From positions 1 through 53,087 of IMG/VR virus record IMGVR_UViG_3300025876_000027: DNA of 53,087 nt. The stretch is one strand, 5' to 3'. The position numbers and the translations under genes are program-made. This DNA comes from a virus. Its lineage: Duplodnaviria > Caudoviricetes. Below the pieces are notes generated by a model. That model saw only the letters and a list, made by a program, of their open reading frames with translations, was not told the origin of the DNA and ran no database searches. This document shows positions 28,801 to 37,620 of the stretch, piece after piece; the first letter of the stretch is position 1, and each line of letters opens with the position of its first letter.

Positions 28801-31800
28801 AGATGTTTATGATTTTATAATAGACTATAATAAAAACATTAAAAAAGGAGAAATAACCAAAAGAGGTGAAACTTTAATAGAAAAAGGAAAAAACATTAAT
28901 AAAAGTCAAGACGCTGTTAAACCTGTTGTTGCTTCTAAATCTAAAATAAAAGAAGCTTACGATGAGCTACAACAAATAGACGAGACAGAAGCTAACTTTA
29001 CTCTTGATTCAAAAAAACAAAAAGCATTAACAGATAGAAAAAATGAATTATTAAAAATACTTCAAGATGAAAATATATATGAGGAGTTACGTCAAATAGA
29101 TGAATTTGAAGCTGACTTTAATCCAAATGAATTTTCTAAAAATAGAAAAAAAGAACTTTTAGATTTAATAAAAAAAGAAGAAACAAAAGAAATAGTTAAA
29201 TTTTCTAAAACTAAAAAAGGTGTAAGTGCCTCAGAAGAAGTTCAAAGATTATTTAACGAAAAACCTAGAGACTGGGAGGTTGAAGTCATAAAACAAATGA
29301 GACCTATAACAGCTAAGCTTGTAGAAAGAAGAAGAGACGTTACTGGTTTTGATAGACAAATTTTAATTGATGAAATAGAAACAGGTGAAAGAGGTATTTT
29401 AGATTTAATAAGAAGTTATGATCCTAAAAAGAACGATTCTTTAGCTGCTTATATAAATACTTTTTTAAGCTTTAGAGCTCAAGAAGGTTCTAAACGTGTT
29501 TTAAAAGAAGTGTTTGAATCAGACGTCACCGAAGAAAGAAGTGTTGCAGCTCAAGAAGATGACATATCTATAGAAGATGCTGTAGATGAATCATTTAAAC
29601 CTACAATAGAGCAAAAATCAAAATTAAGAAGAGAAATAAAATTACCAGATGAGCAAGTTGAAAAAGTCAGAGAAGCAGTTAGAAAAACATTTGGAACAAG
29701 GTTACCTGACGTTAACTCGCCTGAATTCAAAAAAGCTCTTAGAAAAGCTTATGACACAGAGTTATTTAAAGAATTAAAAACAAATGTTTTTAAAACTAGA
29801 GATGAATACAGAAGTTTTTTAAGAGAAAACTGGAAAGCTTTATACGATGCAATACCTCAAGAAACACTTAACCAAAGCTTTGCGCCATTTAGAGAAGAAG
29901 TTTTAGATGAAAGCGGTAAACAAAAAAGAGAAAAAACACCTGAAGGTGAGCGTATATTTAGAAAAAAGAATATAACTAGAGAAGAGTTTTTAGATTATTT
30001 CTTTAATCCAAATGTTGGAGGTTCTACAAGAGGTACTAGAAAAGATGCAATAGTAAGGATGTTAGCTCAAGAACTTGGTTTTGATGCCACAATGGAAACC
30101 ATACAAGAGCCTAAAGTTGCAGAGAAAATAGCATTTGCTAATCCCACTGTTACAGTTCCAATTGCAGGAGTTGTACTTAACAGACCTGATGCAAAATTTA
30201 GTAAATCAAAATTACCAGAAGAATATGGTTGGCAAAAAGATGTCTATAAAATGGAAAGTATTGATGATGTTAAGCCATATATAGATAACTGGAAAGATTT
30301 AATGGAGCTTAAAGGTAAAAATGGTAAAAAAGCATTTAGTTCTAATTTGATAAGTTTTAGCATGCTTATGGGTGCTCCTAGAGCTTATTTAAAGAATATA
30401 GTAAGTATTAAAGAAATAGACAAAGCTGTAGGTAAAAATAACAAAAAAAATATAACTAGTTTACTTAATTATGATAAAAAATTATCAAATATAATTTATG
30501 GTAGTTTTAAAGGTCAAGAAACTGGTAAGGTAAAGCCTTCGCAAACTTTTGGTGGAAATACTAATTCTAAAAAATACAAAGAAAATAAATTAGAAAATTT
30601 ATCATATGTACAAGGTTATAACAAAAGAAACTCTTTACTTTTTGATAAGCTACTAATTGAAATAAATGAATTTTTTAATAGTAAAAATTTTACTGATGCT
30701 GAAATAAAAAAATATGGATCTTCTATTTTATTAATGTTAGAATCAACACAAGCAGAAAGAAATCATGCTTTATCAAACGGTGCTGCTGTTGTAGCTAAGT
30801 TTAATAATAACTATTCTGGTAAGTTAGAATATGAACACGCTGTTCCTAGTAAATACGTTTATGAATATATTTTAGATAATATTTTAGATAAAAATAAAAG
30901 TTTTGAAGATGCTTTAAAAAATATAAAACAAAATTTTACAGTTATTGTCATACCTGCAAATATTGCAAAAATAGTAGATACGGTATATAAATATACGATG
31001 CCAAAAAACTTTGACATAAATAAACCTGGAGATTGGATTAAAAGGTATATAAATCCTGAGGTTAAAGCAGCTTTAAAAGAAGAAGGAATTGATCCAAATT
31101 GGTTTGAAAACAATATGGAAATGCTTAACAGCAAAGATAAAAATTTGTTTAACCCGTCTAAAGAAGTGAAAGCAAGCAAAACTAAAGCTTCTTTTTTTAA
31201 TAAAATGATAGAAATAAAAACAGGTATACCTGCTAAGCGAAAAATAAGTGCAGTTACAGCAGCTAAAATGGGTGAAGAAAACAGAAAAATAGATTTCTTT
31301 ATTTCTCCATCTGCTGAAGACTTCATGGGATTACTTTATAAAACTATAGGTAAGGGCAAAGTAGGTGATGATCAAAAAAAGTGGATTAACGAAAATATAA
31401 TGAAGCCTTATGCTATAGCTATAGAGAAAATTACAATAGCAAGAAATGTTGTAACAAATAGTTTTCAAGCCATAACAAAAGATTTAAATATAACAGAGAA
31501 AGATTTAAAAAAGAAAATACCTAATAGTGTTTTTACTCAAGAAGATGCTGTAAGAGTTTATATATGGGCAAAGCAAGGATTAGAAATACCAGGTATATTA
31601 AAGAAAGAACAAAAAGAACTTGTTAGTTATGTTAATGGTAAAAGCAATTTAGTTAAGCTTGCCAACAACGTTATAAAAATAAATAACGTAGCTTTTAAAA
31701 CACCAACTGATTCATGGCAGGTTGGTAACTTAGGAACTGATCTTTTAGAAAGTTTAAACACAACTCGTAGAGCAGAGTTTTTAGAAGAGTGGCAAAATAA

Positions 31801-33163
31801 TGTTGATGATATTTTTTCTGAAAACAACCTTAATAAGCTTGAAGCTGCTTTTGGTAAACCTTACAGATTAGCTGTTGAAAATTCTTTACAAAGAATGAAA
31901 ACAGGTAAAAACAGAAACGTTGGAAGAGATAACACAACAAATAGAGTTGTTGATTGGACCAATGGTGCTACAGGTACAATAATGTTTTTTAATTCTAGAT
32001 CTGCTATACTTCAAACTATATCAGCCGTAAACTTCATAAACTTTGGTGATAATAATATAATAGCAGCAGGTAAAGCTTTTGCAAATCAAAAACAATATTG
32101 GTCAGATGTAACAATGTTGTTTAATTCAGAGTTTCTAGTAAATAGAAGAGATGGTTTAAAAATGAGTGTAAATGAAGCAGATATTGCTGACGTAGCTAGA
32201 CAAAAAGGCGTTAAAGGTTTAATAGCAAGATTATTAAAACTTGGTTTTACGCCTACGCAAGTAGCTGATAGTATTGCTATAGCAACTGGTGGTGCTACTT
32301 TTTATAGAAATAGATACAATGCTTTAGTAAAAGGTGGTATGAGCAATACTGATGCACAAGCTCAAGCAATGAGAGATTTTAGAGAAACAGCTGAAGAGTC
32401 TCAACAGTCAAGCAGACCTGATAAAATTAGCCAACAACAAGCTAGTGAATTAGGGCGTATAATACTTGCTTTTGCTAACACACCATCTCAGTATGCAAGA
32501 ATAATTAAAAAAGCCGCCCTGGATCTTAAGAATCGCCGAGGCAGTGACAAAGAAAACATATCTAAAATACTTTATTACACAGTAGCTCAAAATCTTTTAT
32601 TTAATGCGCTTCAAAACGCTATGTTTGCTGTTGCGTTTGGAGATGTAGATGATGAAGATAAACTTAAAAAAGAAATAAGAGTTGCAAATGGCATGGCTGA
32701 TTCTTTATTAAGAGGTATGGGTATTCAAGGAGCTATACTTTCTGTAGTTAAAAACGCTGCAATAAGAGTATATAAACAAGAATATAAAGAAATACCTATG
32801 GAATTATTAAGGATAAGTCCACCTATTTCTTCAAAGTTTAGAAAAGTTAAAAGAGCAACTGATATAATGAGCTGGGATGGAGATGAAATATTTGAGCAAG
32901 GTTTAACAATAGATAATCCAGCTATTGAAATAACAAGCAAAACTGTTGAAGCATTAACAAACTTACCTTTAGACAGAGCTATTAAAAAAATAACAAATCT
33001 TAAAGATGCTACAGATAGTGATTTAGAATTTTATCAAAGATTAGCTTTAACAGGTGGTTGGAATAAATGGGAATTAGGTATACAGGATAAGAAAAAAGAA
33101 AAACCTGTATCATCTAATGTAAATACAGGAAATATAATAGAAAAAGGAGAAATAATAGAATGA
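25877..33163 (+). CDS. Giant polyvalent putative ejection protein (zincin + sigma-like + HNH-like domains)
   Basis: HEYLH at aa 863; GILDLIRSYDPKKNDSLAAYI at aa ~1173; EHAVP at aa ~1653; podovirus ejection-protein position. Confidence 0.75.
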   Translation: MEELEEIVQKMMDENTPEEEIKKYIKDYKEGKSNGVVAMDATVTPEQEASENMELQSENISLESQEREKSPNGLLINIEKSIKGARELSLKKQESEVISNFNDVNKILNLNFEGEIVESTSVSTQEINENAKSASIGKALDDATKLSFEEKQLAISQAENFVNNKSTKSVKVKKFPNNPVSVFINKQIPNDEWVDLNKNAKTKVFNNLKKEYPSFTQKDFDENLNTYNEEILTEMVSIKNKINLRKERDNKIINVIDTFDFSMSLTDAQEKLIKYKEKENKKLEKNIQNSSDFMNNAGSYLTQINNTIKKLAGTKYETQEQANRARKLVDSLQLKFKETQEASSKKYLQAMDDIETSNTALSDLNILTRNYNPITNFVQSLKAKGAGQFAIGGLRLYETIVNLPVEIGELLNVNSASDIYMNSMLERPGSFQGVPNAVTTEKSIKLIKEWQEGIYKEMPLPQDFEDLKTPEEYGRYISDLAGSQLLNIASVMVLKKAALPVLGLNSSGAKLQQFAEEQEKLDAWKKNKIGPKPESGDVSFAQKYITAIGFGVLEGVGSKLQLKLYKDSLRGFRGALKNPKLSVGIRQGFTNSLKSTLSTAKDFGLEGLEEGFIVQYGNNFLDRFVLGKNINLLDGVKKAAIDGVLISPFYKAPGVLTPIVSIFQSVDSNQKISQWKTEIDKIQNSLVENANMDSELIQVAEKRIFSLVSKISGEINKTMDRTLNMSEEDVISLGQIDAEIFNLRKQQQKAEQNDLSFKGENPLLKSIETEANNLLFDKNNILEPYIKQDNIKKIKEVQELSSKAKIDDNSNFYDTKEGFIKRAKELGIEVTGEEDALIDPQTGEVLINVDVASETGAVSAQLHEYLHRILKSSFVNDSKSLKKIKDEFRNILSKKQLAIVEQRINKNYRFNEDGSEKNELEYAEEYFTAFSDAVFKDEIKWSDNLTESFLSFGKKILEPIRKILGNEKLEFTSGRDVYDFIIDYNKNIKKGEITKRGETLIEKGKNINKSQDAVKPVVASKSKIKEAYDELQQIDETEANFTLDSKKQKALTDRKNELLKILQDENIYEELRQIDEFEADFNPNEFSKNRKKELLDLIKKEETKEIVKFSKTKKGVSASEEVQRLFNEKPRDWEVEVIKQMRPITAKLVERRRDVTGFDRQILIDEIETGERGILDLIRSYDPKKNDSLAAYINTFLSFRAQEGSKRVLKEVFESDVTEERSVAAQEDDISIEDAVDESFKPTIEQKSKLRREIKLPDEQVEKVREAVRKTFGTRLPDVNSPEFKKALRKAYDTELFKELKTNVFKTRDEYRSFLRENWKALYDAIPQETLNQSFAPFREEVLDESGKQKREKTPEGERIFRKKNITREEFLDYFFNPNVGGSTRGTRKDAIVRMLAQELGFDATMETIQEPKVAEKIAFANPTVTVPIAGVVLNRPDAKFSKSKLPEEYGWQKDVYKMESIDDVKPYIDNWKDLMELKGKNGKKAFSSNLISFSMLMGAPRAYLKNIVSIKEIDKAVGKNNKKNITSLLNYDKKLSNIIYGSFKGQETGKVKPSQTFGGNTNSKKYKENKLENLSYVQGYNKRNSLLFDKLLIEINEFFNSKNFTDAEIKKYGSSILLMLESTQAERNHALSNGAAVVAKFNNNYSGKLEYEHAVPSKYVYEYILDNILDKNKSFEDALKNIKQNFTVIVIPANIAKIVDTVYKYTMPKNFDINKPGDWIKRYINPEVKAALKEEGIDPNWFENNMEMLNSKDKNLFNPSKEVKASKTKASFFNKMIEIKTGIPAKRKISAVTAAKMGEENRKIDFFISPSAEDFMGLLYKTIGKGKVGDDQKKWINENIMKPYAIAIEKITIARNVVTNSFQAITKDLNITEKDLKKKIPNSVFTQEDAVRVYIWAKQGLEIPGILKKEQKELVSYVNGKSNLVKLANNVIKINNVAFKTPTDSWQVGNLGTDLLESLNTTRRAEFLEEWQNNVDDIFSENNLNKLEAAFGKPYRLAVENSLQRMKTGKNRNVGRDNTTNRVVDWTNGATGTIMFFNSRSAILQTISAVNFINFGDNNIIAAGKAFANQKQYWSDVTMLFNSEFLVNRRDGLKMSVNEADIADVARQKGVKGLIARLLKLGFTPTQVADSIAIATGGATFYRNRYNALVKGGMSNTDAQAQAMRDFRETAEESQQSSRPDKISQQQASELGRIILAFANTPSQYARIIKKAALDLKNRRGSDKENISKILYYTVAQNLLFNALQNAMFAVAFGDVDDEDKLKKEIRVANGMADSLLRGMGIQGAILSVVKNAAIRVYKQEYKEIPMELLRISPPISSKFRKVKRATDIMSWDGDEIFEQGLTIDNPAIEITSKTVEALTNLPLDRAIKKITNLKDATDSDLEFYQRLALTGGWNKWELGIQDKKKEKPVSSNVNTGNIIEKGEIIE

Positions 33164-33582
33164 GAGATATAAGTAAAGCAATTGTACATTGCACGGCAAC
33201 TCCAGAAGGGAGACCTACTACAGTCGAAGATATTCGATCATGGCATAAAGCTAGAGGTTGGAGTGATATTGGTTATCACTACGTTATTTACTTAGATGGT
33301 TCAGTACATGAAGGCAGACCAGTAGAACGTATGGGTGCGCATTGTAGAGGACAAAACAAAGGATCAATTGGTATTGCATATGTTGGAGGCATAGACAAAA
33401 AACACTTAAAACCAAAAGATACTAGAACAAAAGAACAAAAAGAGTCATTAATTGAACTTCTTAAGGAATTTAAGCATTTATACTGTGATCTAGAGATATA
33501 TGGCCATAGAGACTTCTCTAGTAAGGCCTGTCCTAGCTTTGACGCTAAAGAAGAGTATAAAGAAATAACTAACGCTTGGTAA
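33160..33582 (+). CDS. Endolysin, N-acetylmuramoyl-L-alanine amidase (T7 lysozyme-like)
   Basis: IVHCTAT, GWSDIGYH, GAHC, GHRD, KACPSF. Confidence 0.95.
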   Translation: MRDISKAIVHCTATPEGRPTTVEDIRSWHKARGWSDIGYHYVIYLDGSVHEGRPVERMGAHCRGQNKGSIGIAYVGGIDKKHLKPKDTRTKEQKESLIELLKEFKHLYCDLEIYGHRDFSSKACPSFDAKEEYKEITNAW

Positions 33583-33592
33583 AATAAAAATT

Positions 33593-33700
33593 ATGGGAAA
33601 ATTATTAATAAAAATAGGTAAGAAAGTTGTTGAGATCAATAACTTCTTAAAAAGAAAATGGAATTCAATGATTAAATTTTTAATGTTTAAAAACGTATAA
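33593..33700 (+). CDS. 35-aa cationic amphipathic peptide (not in ORF track)
   Basis: MGKLLIKIGKKVVEINNFLKRKWNSMIKFLMFKNV fills the gap in the lysis cassette. Confidence 0.65.
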   Translation: MGKLLIKIGKKVVEINNFLKRKWNSMIKFLMFKNV

Positions 33701-33706
33701 AGAGAA

Positions 33707-34018
33707 ATGGCTAGAAATAAATCTGCAATAGATAGACTGGATGAATTTAGTGAAGGAACCGTAGTAGGTCTTTCAATAAAAACTTTAATAGCTGCAGGCG
33801 TTACTGTAGCGACGATGGTATCTATGTATATGACTCTTCAAGCTGACATACAAGTCGCTATGAAAGAGCCCGAACCGCCTGTAACAAAAACAGAATATGA
33901 ACTTCAAAAAGAAATGATGGATAATGCTATTATCGAAACAAAAGAAGATATTAGTGAAATAAAAAAATCTATAGATAAAATGGAAGATAGACTCTTTAAC
34001 CAATCAAGAGGAAGATGA
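33707..34018 (+). CDS. Membrane-anchored coiled-coil protein (lysis-associated?)
   Basis: One hydrophobic helix plus C-terminal coil. Confidence 0.65.
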   Translation: MARNKSAIDRLDEFSEGTVVGLSIKTLIAAGVTVATMVSMYMTLQADIQVAMKEPEPPVTKTEYELQKEMMDNAIIETKEDISEIKKSIDKMEDRLFNQSRGR

Positions 34019-34257
34019 GTTCTTCGTCTAATGGTTTCATAGTAAAGAACTGGCAAATAGTTTTGTGGTTTATTATCGCTGTATTTACAGCAGGTGGAAT
34101 ATTTACGGAATTTACTTCTCTAAAAAATGAGCTAACCTCTGTTCATGATAGACTAGACAAAAAAGTCATAGTTATAAATGAAATAGAAGATAGAATATTT
34201 ATTATTGAAAAAAAGCTAGAGTACGAACGAGGTTTATTAGAAGCTCGTAAAAGATAA
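34015..34257 (+). CDS. Membrane-anchored coiled-coil protein (lysis-associated?)
   Basis: WQIVLWFIIAVFTAGGIF TM segment plus coil. Confidence 0.65.
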   Translation: MSSSSNGFIVKNWQIVLWFIIAVFTAGGIFTEFTSLKNELTSVHDRLDKKVIVINEIEDRIFIIEKKLEYERGLLEARKR

Positions 34258-34305
34258 GGAACAATATGAAATAGGCGTACCATACCTAAAAGTTCCTGTA
34301 ACAAG

Positions 34306-34338
34306 AAAGGGGATCACATTACGTGGCCCCCTTTTTTT
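34306..34338. terminator. Probable bidirectional terminator where the two arms converge
   Basis: AAAGGGGATCAC-ATTAC-GTGGCCCCCTTTTTTT. Confidence 0.85.
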
Positions 34339-34339
34339 A

Positions 34340-34462
34340 TTAAAAATCTTCCATATTATATAACACAAGGAAAAATATAATTGAAGATATAATCATACCG
34401 CATATTATACCTAGAACAAACATGATATCATATATATGCATGTGTATAGCATAATTATGCAT
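34340..34462 (-). CDS. 40-aa single-TM protein (not in ORF track)
   Basis: MHNYAIHMHIYDIMFVLGIICGMIISSIIFFLVLYNMEDF; start uncertain. Confidence 0.45.
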   Translation of the reverse strand: MHNYAIHMHIYDIMFVLGIICGMIISSIIFFLVLYNMEDF

Positions 34463-34484
34463 ATGATATAACTAGCGTATGTTT

Positions 34485-36206
34485 TTAACCGTCGCATGAT
34501 AAACAATTTTCATCCATAGCACTTGCAGCTATATCTCCTCTTAATACACTTTCAGTTCTAGTATAATACAAAGTCTTAACACCTTTTTTCCAAGCATCCA
34601 TGTGAACCTTGTTAATCCACTTAGGTGTAGCTTCACTAGGAAACGCTAGGTTAAGGCTAACTGACTGATCTATATACTGTTGCCGTATACCCGCTTGATT
34701 AACTAATTCAAGCTGGTTTATTTCTTTAAATGTTTTAAATACTTCTTTAACAGGTATATCATGATCACCCATTAAAACGTCATTGAGTTCTTCAATGTCT
34801 TGAACAGAGCCTCCGTCGCCTAGTATCTTACCCCATATGTATTCGTTGTTTAAACCGTTGTCTTCTAATACGGTTTCTAACGTAGGATTTTTTCTTATAA
34901 AAGTTCCTTTAGCAGACTGCTCTGTGAACACATTAGCCGCCCAAGGTTCTATACCTGGCGATACATTACCTGATAGTTTACTATTGCTAACGGTAGGAGC
35001 AACAGCACGAAGATGAGTATTGCGCATACCTGTACCAGTGCACCATAAAGGCTCACCGTATATTTCTGCCAGGTCCATCGAAGCTCTTTCACTTTCGATT
35101 TTAATCTGCGAGAATATCTTCCTAGTCTCATACTGAGATAATAAACCTTCGAAAGGAATACCTTTCTCTTGGATATATGTATGCCAACCGAGGACTCCCA
35201 AGCCCAATGCTCGCCCTTTTTGCGCAGATCGAACAGAGTTGTCGAATCCACGTAGACCTTTGGCTTTTTGAATAAATTCTTCCATAACGCCATCAAGAAA
35301 AAATGTGGCGTCATATATAAGGTTAGTACCTTTCCACTCTTCATACTTAGCTAAATTTAACGATGATAAACAACAAACAAAACTATGATTTTCATCTGTG
35401 TGTAATGTAATCTCACTACAGATGTTAGTCATGTGAACCTTTAACCCATTTTCTTTATAGGCTGGTGGATTAGACTTATTTGTGTTCCCTTTAAAAAGGA
35501 TATAAGGCTCTCCAGTAGCTTTTCGTTTTTGTAATAACTTTCCCCATTTTTTCCTAGCCTCCGCATCTCCTGATTCAAGCTTTCGCATGAACTTATCGCC
35601 GATAATAGCGCATTGATGCAAATTAAGTGATTGTCTGTTGACATCTCCTTTCGGTTCACGTATGTCAAGCCAATCTTCAAAATCGGAGTGATTAATGTTA
35701 AGATTAACCGACGCAGCTCCTCTTCTGACAGAGCCTTGATTAGTGGCAAGTATAGTTGAATCGTATATTTTACAAAAAGGCACAACGCCGTCACTTGTTC
35801 CATTACCTGTTATTTTAGTTCCAGCTGGCCTTATCTGATTAATACCAATACCTACGCCGCCGCCATGCTTGGCTAACAGCATCATTTCTAAATTCTTTTG
35901 TCCTATATCTTGGATTGAATCTGCTACGTCAATACCGAAACAACTAATAGGTAAACCGCGATCGGTACCGGTGTTGCTAAGTACAGGGCTAGCAAGGCAA
36001 AGCCAACCATTCCAGATGTATTCAAAAAAGGTATCAGCCATTTCAGGTTTATATAATCTGCGAGCAACTGTTTTAGAGACTCTTTGGTATGCTTCTCTAG
36101 GCGTTTCGTCGTGATATAAATATCCCCCGGATATTGTCTTCTTGTATATGTCGTTATCACCCCACGCAGGGTAATCTTCTCCTTTGATCCAGTTTTCATT
36201 CCACAT
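34485..36206 (-). CDS. nrdA: Ribonucleotide reductase class I alpha subunit, no ATP cone
   Basis: PISCF, TNICSEI, VCCLSS, APTVS, KTLYY, C-terminal CLSC. Confidence 0.95.
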   Translation of the reverse strand: MWNENWIKGEDYPAWGDNDIYKKTISGGYLYHDETPREAYQRVSKTVARRLYKPEMADTFFEYIWNGWLCLASPVLSNTGTDRGLPISCFGIDVADSIQDIGQKNLEMMLLAKHGGGVGIGINQIRPAGTKITGNGTSDGVVPFCKIYDSTILATNQGSVRRGAASVNLNINHSDFEDWLDIREPKGDVNRQSLNLHQCAIIGDKFMRKLESGDAEARKKWGKLLQKRKATGEPYILFKGNTNKSNPPAYKENGLKVHMTNICSEITLHTDENHSFVCCLSSLNLAKYEEWKGTNLIYDATFFLDGVMEEFIQKAKGLRGFDNSVRSAQKGRALGLGVLGWHTYIQEKGIPFEGLLSQYETRKIFSQIKIESERASMDLAEIYGEPLWCTGTGMRNTHLRAVAPTVSNSKLSGNVSPGIEPWAANVFTEQSAKGTFIRKNPTLETVLEDNGLNNEYIWGKILGDGGSVQDIEELNDVLMGDHDIPVKEVFKTFKEINQLELVNQAGIRQQYIDQSVSLNLAFPSEATPKWINKVHMDAWKKGVKTLYYTRTESVLRGDIAASAMDENCLSCDG

Positions 36207-36428
36207 TTATAATAAATGATTTATCCAGGCTAACAGCCCATTAATATTTAACACTACTAAGTTCCATTGTTTTCTGCTAGCAGTTTGCAGTGTGACTAAT
36301 ATAAACCCAAGTACATAAAGCTTAGGGTCTATAGTCCATTGAGCAGCAATCAAAAAACCGCTACCCATGTAGCCTGACCTAGTTGCTAGTTTCTCCCAAG
36401 GGCTCAAATTTTTTCTCGCTATCAGCAT
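36207..36428 (-). CDS. Small membrane protein
   Basis: Hydrophobic segments; start moved to MLIARK to reduce overlap. Confidence 0.6.
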   Translation of the reverse strand: MLIARKNLSPWEKLATRSGYMGSGFLIAAQWTIDPKLYVLGFILVTLQTASRKQWNLVVLNINGLLAWINHLL

Positions 36429-36630
36429 CTGGCCTAGCTTGCTTAGCTGACTGTTCTTTGAGTTTTTGAATAGCTTTTTCATAACCTGGCATGAGTTTAA
36501 TTGTTTCTAATGTACCTATAGCTAGGTCTTTTAAATAAGAATTTTGCATAAGCAATTGTTCTGTCATTTTAATTGTAGTATGTAGCTTTTTTTCTAGCTC
36601 TTCTACTCTACTTAGTTTTTTTGCTTTCAT
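36379..36630 (-). CDS. Hypothetical coiled-coil protein
   Basis: AATTAAATTAAATAAA leader. Confidence 0.7.
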   Translation of the reverse strand: MKAKKLSRVEELEKKLHTTIKMTEQLLMQNSYLKDLAIGTLETIKLMPGYEKAIQKLKEQSAKQARPDADSEKKFEPLGETSN

Positions 36631-36648
36631 TTTATTTAATTTAATTGT

Positions 36649-37620
36649 TTACCAAATATCTTGGAAGTCTTCTCCTTCATTTGCCTTTGAATAATCAGTG
36701 GGTCGTATTGCGAAAAAGTCAGTGTGTGTAACACCACCTGTTAAGTGATAAAACCAATTAAGATTATCTGCCGAAGCAGAATCATATGAGAAAAGATTAC
36801 CAAGTTTACTATAGCCAAGCTCAATGAGTTTTTCATTAGCTCTTTTTCTTATAAAGTTTATAAGGTCTTCTGCGGCTATACCTTCAACGTCGCCAGCTTC
36901 AAACATTTTATATATATACTTTGTTTCAAGGTCTACCATTGTTTCAGCAGCACTAACAACATCTCTTCTACATAGATTAAGTAAGTGCTCATCTTCAGCA
37001 CACATATCTCTAAATAGTTTACAACCCATCTTACTGTGCAGTGATTCATCACGCACCGACCATTTCATTTGTTGGCCTATACCTTTCATTAAGTTACGTA
37101 GTTGAAAAGAATATAATACTGCAAACGCAGAATATAAGCTAACACCTTCTGCAAATGCGGAAAATATAGCTAGTGATTTACCTATACCCACCCTGCCGTT
37201 ACCTTCGTAAGCTACAAGGTTATTAAACCTATCAGCAGTTGCTTCTTCATGTAAGAAAGCTTCGTAGTTTTCTAGTCCTAAAGTCTCGTTCAAGTAACTA
37301 TAAGCTACAGCGTGAACTGTTTCTTGTGAACCAAACATCATAGCCATTTGTTGTATCTCATGCTTTGGAAACCAACCCACTACTTTTTGAGTCCAGTAAT
37401 CTGAAACAGCACACTCGGTCTGAGCAAAGCCAAGAAGTATATTACCCACTAAACTCTTCTCTTTTTCATTAAGCTTTTCGTTCCAGTCCTTAATATCGCT
37501 TTGCATTGATATTTCAGTATGAAGCCAAAAGGCTTGAGCTTGCTTTAACCAGCCTTCTGTATAGTAGTCTGGGTATTCAAAAGGTTTGTATGCTACTCTT
37601 TCGTCAAATAAACTCATCAC
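36649..37620 (-). CDS. nrdB: Ribonucleotide reductase class I beta subunit
   Basis: FAQTE, ETVHAVAY, EGVSLY, DESLH, TDFF. Confidence 0.95.
   Translation of the reverse strand: MMSLFDERVAYKPFEYPDYYTEGWLKQAQAFWLHTEISMQSDIKDWNEKLNEKEKSLVGNILLGFAQTECAVSDYWTQKVVGWFPKHEIQQMAMMFGSQETVHAVAYSYLNETLGLENYEAFLHEEATADRFNNLVAYEGNGRVGIGKSLAIFSAFAEGVSLYSAFAVLYSFQLRNLMKGIGQQMKWSVRDESLHSKMGCKLFRDMCAEDEHLLNLCRRDVVSAAETMVDLETKYIYKMFEAGDVEGIAAEDLINFIRKRANEKLIELGYSKLGNLFSYDSASADNLNWFYHLTGGVTHTDFFAIRPTDYSKANEGEDFQDIW

Noticed and set aside
25877-33163. Virion RNA polymerase as in crAss/N4 phages
   Set aside because: No DxDGD/DFDID-like or recognisable T7-type catalytic motif found on reading the protein
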